Assembly: GCA_028825045.1 (NCBI GenBank)
Contig: JAPKAY010000011.1
Location: forward strand, 17,161 to 81,160
Length of the DNA stretch: 64,000 nucleotides
DNA from: Halioglobus sp.
GTDB taxonomy: Bacteria > Pseudomonadota > Gammaproteobacteria > Pseudomonadales > Halieaceae
Reading direction: 5' to 3'
Shown: positions 57,542 through 64,000 of the stretch, in pieces
Layout: every line of letters starts with the position of its first letter
Position numbering within the stretch: the stretch's first letter is position 1
Program-made: the position numbers and the translations under genes
The notes under the pieces: generated by a model
What the model saw: only the letters and a program-made list of their open reading frames with translations
Told to the model about the DNA's origin: nothing
Database searches by the model: none

Positions 57542-58945
57542 ATGTCGGCGGATATTAGCCAAAGTATCGAGGCGGTGCTGTCCCGAGAACTCAAGGAGTT
57601 TCGATCATTACTCTCCTGCGAACAGTTGAGTGCCGGTGCCAGCCAGGAAACCTGGCGCATCGCTTTTAATACTAGCGCAGGAGGCGAAGCACACCTGGCA
57701 CTGCGGCGCTCGCAGCCCACCGCCGAGAATGGCTCTGCTGTGGGCAGCATCACGCTGGACACCGAAGCGCGCCTGTTCCAACTGGCAGGCGCAGAGGGGA
57801 TTCCAGGCCCAAAAATTGTCTATGTACTTCAACCCACTGATAGCCTGGGAAGCGGCTTCCTCATGCAGTGGCTTGACGGAGAGACGCTGGGACACCGCAT
57901 TAACCGTTCTGAAGAACTCGCTTCAATCAGACCGGCGCTGGCACGACAATGCGGTGAGATTCTCGGAAAAATTCACGCACTAGACTGGAACAGCGCCGAA
58001 CTGGATGATGCCCTGCCCTGCGCGAGCCCCGCCGATTTGGTAGACGAGACCTGGAAGCTCTACCAAGACCTTAACGTGCCCATGCCAATGATCGATTACA
58101 CCTGGCGATGGCTAAAGAATAACCTGCCAACTGATCACCGCATGACATTAGTCCACGGCGACTTTCGCAATGGCAACCTGATGGTAACGCCGGACGGCAT
58201 CAACGCGGTCCTGGATTGGGAACTGGCGCATATCGGTGACCCGGTCCGCGATCTAGGGTGGTTATGCGTAAACTCCTGGCGTTTTGGCAACCGCGACTTA
58301 CACGTTGGCGGGTTCGGAGAAACGGATCAACTTCTGGCGGGTTACCGTGACACGTCGGGCATAGAGGTTTCACTCGAAGCGCTGGAATTCTGGCAAGTCT
58401 TTGGCTCTTTCTGGTGGGCCATGGCCACACTGCAAATGGCGAACAGCTGGCGCGCCGGTGAAACACCCAGCCTCGAGCGGCCCGTTATCGGCCGGCGCTC
58501 CTCTGAAGCACAGATGGACTGCGTGAATCTGCTAATTCCCGGCAGGTTTCCCCTCCCTGATACGGACCTACCCCTGTCAGACGGTACTCGACTTCCCATG
58601 CCCGCAGAACTGCTGGAAGGAGCCGCAACGTTTTTGAAGGAAGAAGTGGCCACTCGTCTCGACCCTCATGCGGGCTTCCTTGCTCGCGTTGCTGCCAACT
58701 CCCTGAGGATCGCCCAACGTGAATTTCAGTATGGCCCTGCCGCTGAAAAACATGAGCGGAAACGTCTTGAGACATTACTAAATCAAGAGGACGAACTGGA
58801 CGTCCTGCGCTGGGAGCTAGTGAACCAATTGCGAGCGGGGTTGCCGCTGGATACTCCGGGCCTTGATGTGCATCTTCGCCAAACCGTCGCAGGACAGCTG
58901 TCTATTGACCAGCCCCACTATTCTGCATTGCACGGATCCCATTGA
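57542..58945 (+). CDS. APH-family phosphotransferase fused to a C-terminal DUF6285 domain (LvaA+LvaB-like fusion)
   Basis: LSAGASQETW, HGDFRNGN, LDWE, GDP..DLGW and WRF; C-terminal ELLE...FL.....ANSLRIA.RE...HLRQT...L.IDQP. Confidence 0.78.
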   Translation: MSADISQSIEAVLSRELKEFRSLLSCEQLSAGASQETWRIAFNTSAGGEAHLALRRSQPTAENGSAVGSITLDTEARLFQLAGAEGIPGPKIVYVLQPTDSLGSGFLMQWLDGETLGHRINRSEELASIRPALARQCGEILGKIHALDWNSAELDDALPCASPADLVDETWKLYQDLNVPMPMIDYTWRWLKNNLPTDHRMTLVHGDFRNGNLMVTPDGINAVLDWELAHIGDPVRDLGWLCVNSWRFGNRDLHVGGFGETDQLLAGYRDTSGIEVSLEALEFWQVFGSFWWAMATLQMANSWRAGETPSLERPVIGRRSSEAQMDCVNLLIPGRFPLPDTDLPLSDGTRLPMPAELLEGAATFLKEEVATRLDPHAGFLARVAANSLRIAQREFQYGPAAEKHERKRLETLLNQEDELDVLRWELVNQLRAGLPLDTPGLDVHLRQTVAGQLSIDQPHYSALHGSH

Positions 58946-58981
58946 ATTACCAATCAACCAGAAGCGCATAGACTTCTCAGG

Positions 58982-59488
58982 TTAGTCATTCGAAAGCTGC
59001 CTCAAGATACCCCTGGCAACCTCCTCCGCTCCCTCAGACGACGTAGACACCACAATATCGGCAGCACGATGATACAGTGGCGTGCGCTCCTCGTACACTT
59101 GCGCGTAAGTCGTGGATGGATCACTGGCGATACCTCGCGGTGGCGAGGCGGCCACTCGCCGCTCAAGCAGTGCAAGCTCTGCCTCAAGATAAACAACAGG
59201 ACCAGAATCGCGCAGACGCCTCATCGCGAGCTCGCTATACACCGCACTGCCACCGGTGGCCACCACAGCACCTTCTAAGACCACGCGCATGAGAATGTCC
59301 TGCTCAACCTCGCGCAAGAATTGATACCCGCGTTGTTCCAGAATATTTTGCAGAGTGTTTTGCTCCCGCACCTGAATATCCAGATCCGTATCGACAAAAC
59401 GCAAGCCCGCTAACTTTGCCAGCATAACACCCACTGTACTTTTTCCTGAGCCCGGCATCCCTATCAGACTTATGGTGGATAACATCAC
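58982..59488 (-). CDS. aroK: Shikimate kinase family protein
   Basis: P-loop GMPGSGKST, FVDTD..I, VATGGSAV and R.PLY...AD. No aroB adjacent. Confidence 0.72.
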   Translation of the reverse strand: MMLSTISLIGMPGSGKSTVGVMLAKLAGLRFVDTDLDIQVREQNTLQNILEQRGYQFLREVEQDILMRVVLEGAVVATGGSAVYSELAMRRLRDSGPVVYLEAELALLERRVAASPPRGIASDPSTTYAQVYEERTPLYHRAADIVVSTSSEGAEEVARGILRQLSND

Positions 59489-59667
59489 ATGGATCTCACG
59501 GTTAGATATGCTAGGTTTTCAATGGTGCATTAAACGCGACTTCATTTCTAAACCTTTTGAGTCTATTGATCATGAAGTTATACTGTACAAATCATGCGCT
59601 CTAGATTACTGGCCAGAGCGGCAACCCAGAGACTTAATAGTCCTACAACCCTGACCGGGACGGCTGA

Positions 59668-61221
59668 ATGAACATCAGGCGATGCATTGCGCCCTGTCTA
59701 TTACTAGCACTGGTGAGCCCGACAGCGATCGCTGAGGTGCCACGCGAGAAAGTCCCCATTGAACTCCCAGCGCCGGTAACGCAAATCGAAACAGACCAAG
59801 GCACCATACTGGGCAATCTCAGTGGCAACTCAGTTTTGTTTAAAGGTATCCCCTACGCGCGCCCGCCCATCGGGCCTCTACGATGGAAGCCGCCCCAACC
59901 GGTAGCACCCCGAAACGACACCCTGTCCGCAAGGAACTTCGGTCCTCCCTGCCCGCAAGCCAGATTGGCAAAATCGGGCAGCGCCAGTGAAGACTGCCTG
60001 ACCTTGAACATCGCCACGCCTGCTAGTGCCCTAATGAGCACAACTGATTCGTTGCCCGTGTTCTTCTCCATTCATGGAGGCGGCTTTGTGAATGGCAGCG
60101 GCCAACCCGTGTTTGCGGTCGCCCCGGTGCTCAATGCCAGTGGCATCATTCTCGTCACCCTCAACTACCGCCTCGGCGCATTAGGCTTTTATGCCCATCC
60201 CCTGCTCGATATGAAACAAGGCGCAAACTTTGCCCTTCTAGACCTGGTCGCCGCACTGCGCTGGGTGCATGACAATATCGACGCCTTCGGTGGCGATCCA
60301 GAACGCGTGACCATTCAGGGAATATCCGCTGGCGGTCAAGCCGTAAACATGCTGATGGTAAACCCCCAGGCGCGAGGCCTGTTTGCCGGTGCTATTGCCC
60401 AGAGTGGTTACGGTGCCTGGCCGCTGCAACCACACCTGGAAAGCCTCCAGGACGCGACAGAATCACCTTCCGCAGAACAAATTTCTGCGGCAATCGCTTC
60501 CCGTGCCAGCGGCAAGAACGCCTCCGAACTAAACGTTAAGGAACTATACGCCCTATCAGCGGAACAATTATTCGGCGCCATACTCGGCTTTCACCTTCCC
60601 ATTATTGACAGTATCACCCTACCCGATGAAACGGCCGTCATGTTCGCCCGGGGCCAACAACACCCGGTACCCTATATTAGTGGCGGCACCAGTTTTGATG
60701 GTAGTGTCTTCCCCTTCTCAGGCGTTAGTGAAGAAACCGTGCTCGGCCTCACTGGCAATCAAAAAGAGCAGGCTCACGCCTTGTGGGCAGAGGATTTTTC
60801 AGCTGGGAGGAATCAGGGCATCAAGCGCCTGTTTGGCGATATCCGTTACCTCCACTCCGGCTGGAGTGCAAGTCGTAGCATGACTGCAACCCATCAACCC
60901 GGTTACCTGTATTTGTTTGACTACCTGCCGCCAGATACCCGCGATCAGCAGGCGGGCGCTGCGCATGGTTCTGACGGCACAGCGTTATGGGCCGATTATC
61001 GTTCCACTACCGCGCAAATGATGCGAAAGTACTGGATGAACTTTGTCAAAACTGGCAATCCGAATGGAGAGGCACTGCCACACTGGAAGACTGCCAATGC
61101 GGGTGTACAATCAACCAATTGGTTGCTGTTCGGAGAACAAGTAGCTCCTGTGCAGGACATCCGGAACGCACGATTACAATTCATTGATCAACTCTGGCGA
61201 GCTCGCGTGGCTGTGCCTTGA
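59668..61221 (+). CDS. Secreted type-B carboxylesterase/lipase
   Basis: Signal peptide; FKGIPYA.PP.G.LRW.PP, SEDCLTLNI, HGGGF, NYRLG, GISAGG and GAAHGSD. Confidence 0.92.
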   Translation: MNIRRCIAPCLLLALVSPTAIAEVPREKVPIELPAPVTQIETDQGTILGNLSGNSVLFKGIPYARPPIGPLRWKPPQPVAPRNDTLSARNFGPPCPQARLAKSGSASEDCLTLNIATPASALMSTTDSLPVFFSIHGGGFVNGSGQPVFAVAPVLNASGIILVTLNYRLGALGFYAHPLLDMKQGANFALLDLVAALRWVHDNIDAFGGDPERVTIQGISAGGQAVNMLMVNPQARGLFAGAIAQSGYGAWPLQPHLESLQDATESPSAEQISAAIASRASGKNASELNVKELYALSAEQLFGAILGFHLPIIDSITLPDETAVMFARGQQHPVPYISGGTSFDGSVFPFSGVSEETVLGLTGNQKEQAHALWAEDFSAGRNQGIKRLFGDIRYLHSGWSASRSMTATHQPGYLYLFDYLPPDTRDQQAGAAHGSDGTALWADYRSTTAQMMRKYWMNFVKTGNPNGEALPHWKTANAGVQSTNWLLFGEQVAPVQDIRNARLQFIDQLWRARVAVP

Positions 61222-61275
61222 TGGTGACGATTAGGCTGAGATCAATAGGACAATAACGATGAGGAGAAGGCAGCA

Positions 61276-61665
61276 ATGATCCGATGTGTAAGGATATGGA
61301 CTGGAGATGATCAAAACTCTCATTTCGAAGAAGGTTGGATTGACCTGAACCCCGGAGTCCACGGCGATCTTCTCAGCGACAAGTTATCAATCACCACCGC
61401 GTCCTTTCAGGAAACTGCTTCGGGCGGTACACTGGCATGGCACACAGCCCCAGTTAGACAGTTAGTGGTCACCTTGAGTGGCACTCTGGATTTCGAGACG
61501 CGAGCGGGTCAGCATTTTCAGCTGGCACCTGGCGATATTCTTTTGGCCGAGGATACGGTCGGAGGCGGTCATTCCTGGGAACTTGTCGACGAGCAACCCT
61601 GGCGGCGCGTTTATCTCGTGTTAGCGCCGAATGAACCCGTTCCATTCATCAAGTCTTCAAATTGA
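61276..61665 (+). CDS. Cupin-domain protein
   Basis: WHTAP.RQ.VVTLSG and PGDILLAEDT.G.GH.W. Confidence 0.8.
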   Translation: MIRCVRIWTGDDQNSHFEEGWIDLNPGVHGDLLSDKLSITTASFQETASGGTLAWHTAPVRQLVVTLSGTLDFETRAGQHFQLAPGDILLAEDTVGGGHSWELVDEQPWRRVYLVLAPNEPVPFIKSSN

Positions 61666-61710
61666 GAGTTCTACTGATGCAGAAATCGCACAACGCCATG
61701 CTTAAGGGAG

Positions 61711-63213
61711 ATGTCTATGCACGACGTTAAAGCTGAAGAAGAGGTCGATGTTGCACTAGTCGGCGCAGGCATCATGAGCACGACACTTGGTGTGTTCCTG
61801 AAAGAACTGCAGCCTCACCTTAAACTCGAGATTCTCGAAAGGTTGCCCGGTGAAGCTGAGGAGAGTTCAGGCGCCTGGAACAATGCAGGTACCGGCCACG
61901 CCGCCAACTGCGAGTTGAACTACACACCGATGGACGCGAATGGAAACGTCGATATCGCAAAGGCGCTGGAGGTTAACGTCGAGTTCGACATGTCCCGACA
62001 GTTCTGGTCGTATCTCGTCAAAAAGGGCGCGATCGCGTCGCCGGAGGAGTTCATCCACCCAGTGCCGCATATGAGCTTCGTAATCGGCGCCGAACGCCAA
62101 GATTTTCTCAGGAAGCGTCATGCGATAATGAGCAGCCATCACTGTTACCACGGCATGGAGTATTCCGAGGATCACGCAAAAATTGCCGAATGGGCGCCGC
62201 TAATCATGGCGGGACGCGACCCACAACAACCGGTCGCAGCGACCCGCATGGTAACGGGTGCCGACGTCAACTACGGTGCACTCACTTCCAGCTTATTGGG
62301 TTATCTGAAAAAGCAGGATGATTTTGTCGTACGCTTTTCCCAAAACGTGGTAGACCTGCATCGTCGGCCAGGCGGCGGTTGGCGACTGGATGTCAGAGAC
62401 GAGGCGACGGGTGCGCGGCGCACAGTAAACGCGAAATACGTTTTTCTCGGTGCGGGCGGCGGCGCACTCCCGCTCCTGCAGAAGTCCGGCATTCCCGAAG
62501 CCAAGGGTTTCGCCGGCTTTCCGGTAAGCGGCGTTTGGCTGCGCTGCGGCAACCAGGAAGTGGCTGCGCGCCACACTGCCAAGGTCTACGGCATGGCGGC
62601 TACTGGCTCCCCTCCAATGTCAGTACCCCATCTGGATACCCGCATCATCGACGGCAAGCGCTGGCTGCTGTTTGGGCCCTACGCAGGGTTTTCGACCCGA
62701 TTCCTCAAGCAGGGCTCGCTTATGGATTTACCAAAGTCGATACGGCCGGGCAATATCCTGCCGCTGCTTGCGGTCGCGCGGGACAATTTTCCGCTCGAGG
62801 AATACCTGATCGGACAGGTATTTCAGAGTTCTTCCCATCGCTTCGATTCGCTGCGTGAATTTTATCCCGAGATAGATGTAGCCGATTGGGAAATAGCGAC
62901 CGCGGGGCAGCGAGTGCAGATCATTCGAAAAGATAAGGCCCATACCGGAAAGCTCGAGTTCGGCACGGAGATCGTCCACTCTGCCGACTCCTCGATTGTC
63001 GCTCTGTTAGGCGCCTCGCCCGGCGCATCGACCGCGGTCTGGATTATGGTCCACATGCTCGAGAACTGTTTTCATGAACAGCTCGTCGGCCACTGGGTGC
63101 CGAAGCTAAAAGAGATGATTCCCTCCTACGGTCAAGACCTGAAAAAGGATGCTGCACTGTCCGCGCGCGTACGCGCTGAGAGTGCCGAAGTGCTGAAGCT
63201 GCACACGGTGTAG
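61711..63213 (+). CDS. mqo: Malate:quinone oxidoreductase
   Basis: [58 protein letters not shown] and [11 protein letters not shown]. Confidence 0.96.
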   Translation: MSMHDVKAEEEVDVALVGAGIMSTTLGVFLKELQPHLKLEILERLPGEAEESSGAWNNAGTGHAANCELNYTPMDANGNVDIAKALEVNVEFDMSRQFWSYLVKKGAIASPEEFIHPVPHMSFVIGAERQDFLRKRHAIMSSHHCYHGMEYSEDHAKIAEWAPLIMAGRDPQQPVAATRMVTGADVNYGALTSSLLGYLKKQDDFVVRFSQNVVDLHRRPGGGWRLDVRDEATGARRTVNAKYVFLGAGGGALPLLQKSGIPEAKGFAGFPVSGVWLRCGNQEVAARHTAKVYGMAATGSPPMSVPHLDTRIIDGKRWLLFGPYAGFSTRFLKQGSLMDLPKSIRPGNILPLLAVARDNFPLEEYLIGQVFQSSSHRFDSLREFYPEIDVADWEIATAGQRVQIIRKDKAHTGKLEFGTEIVHSADSSIVALLGASPGASTAVWIMVHMLENCFHEQLVGHWVPKLKEMIPSYGQDLKKDAALSARVRAESAEVLKLHTV

Positions 63214-63508
63214 TCTCGTGTTGCGGTCTGCAAAGACTGTGTGCCTTGCGCATTTGAACCAAATACGTGTCGCACCAGTCGCGAACCGCTAGCATCCTCG
63301 ACTTTATCTTGGCGATGGCCCTGGGCTGAGCATGCCTATTACGGCTATCACCCAGCAAACCAGCATTGCTAGTGGTTTTGCCGAAGGCCCGTTATCCACT
63401 ATACTGTGTACCGTAAGCAACAAATTCGTATCCGAACCACACCGTTGGCTAACGCCCGCTATTTACCGGTTCAGGATTACTGGTAGCCCACCCACGTATG
63501 GCAGAATC

Positions 63509-64000
63509 ATGAGAACTCTCTTCATCCTTCTACTGCTGACCCTCGTTACCGCTTGCTCTCATCCGCTGGAAATTGTTGGGGAAGGGGACATTAGCTCCTC
63601 TACAGGTACTAATGACTGCGCATTGGAAAACCAGCCGTGTGCCAATTATGTAGCCGGCGATTACAACCTTACCTATGTAGCACTGCCTCATGCGGGCTGG
63701 GTTTTTTCTGGCTGGGAAGGTTGCGGTGTACAATTTCCAGCTTGCTCGATCAACGTGCCGGGGGCAACTGTGAATCAGCACTGGGGCCAGACAATGCCTC
63801 CATTGCGCGCGCTTTTTGTGCAAGATGGAAACTCTCCCGGGATGACGATCTCCTCGAGTTGGTCAGCTGTCGCTGAGACTCTGACTGTTGAAGTCAGCTT
63901 CGCCTCTATAACGCCCACCACTGTGCAGCTCTACCCTAAAGGGCTCGCAGATGGGTGGGTCGAAACGGACAACTCGCCACCCTTCTCTTTCGCCCTCGAT
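63509..64000 (+). CDS. Lipoprotein, 5' part (runs off the right edge)
   Basis: Not in the ORF track. Open frame from ATG 63509 to the end of the window: MRTLFILLLLTLVTAC-SHPLEIVGEGDI...GW.FSGWEGC. Lipobox plus a Cys-paired repeat-like domain. Confidence 0.75.
   Translation, partial: MRTLFILLLLTLVTACSHPLEIVGEGDISSSTGTNDCALENQPCANYVAGDYNLTYVALPHAGWVFSGWEGCGVQFPACSINVPGATVNQHWGQTMPPLRALFVQDGNSPGMTISSSWSAVAETLTVEVSFASITPTTVQLYPKGLADGWVETDNSPPFSFALD

Noticed and set aside
61711-63213. mqo as a recent horizontal acquisition (looked GC-richer)
   Set aside because: Spot counts of a few 60-nt lines gave about 57-65% GC, but a line in the ACAD gene at 13141 reached a similar value. There are no flanking repeats or mobility genes, so a proper codon-usage analysis is needed.

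Overview
64-kb chromosomal window, densely coding, GC roughly mid-50s by eye. It comes from a Gram-negative bacterium, as shown by the ExbB/DUF3450 TonB genes, MlaA and lipoproteins. A marine gammaproteobacterium such as Halieaceae/Cellvibrionales is my inference, not something the sequence proves. No rRNA, tRNA, CRISPR, IS or prophage was seen. The dominant content is a lipid/sterol catabolic supercluster of actinobacterial type. It includes a FadE26/29-like plus FadE27/28-like acyl-CoA dehydrogenase pair, ChsH2/ChsH1 hydratase, two Ltp2-type retro-aldolases, a stand-alone DUF35, FadA5-like thiolase, Hsd4A-like SDR, a CYP125-clan P450, KstD and a KshA-like Rieske oxygenase. Around these sit six classical SDRs, two F420-type LLM oxidoreductases, enoyl-CoA hydratases and a YCF48+MMPL transporter pair. 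The most striking observations are: (i) two parallel hydratase/aldolase sets built from the same four domains but fused at different junctions; (ii) a cupin-P450-sulfotransferase-SDR-Rv3531c-like operon that may make a sulfated sterol or lipid; (iii) a SnoaL(BaiE-like)-OYE-extended-SDR tail that may modify the steroid ring; (iv) an LvaAB-like kinase fusion next to an ACAD. All family assignments come from motifs read in the translations and from recalled family knowledge; no database search was run. Many ORF-track starts were moved to the likely true start.
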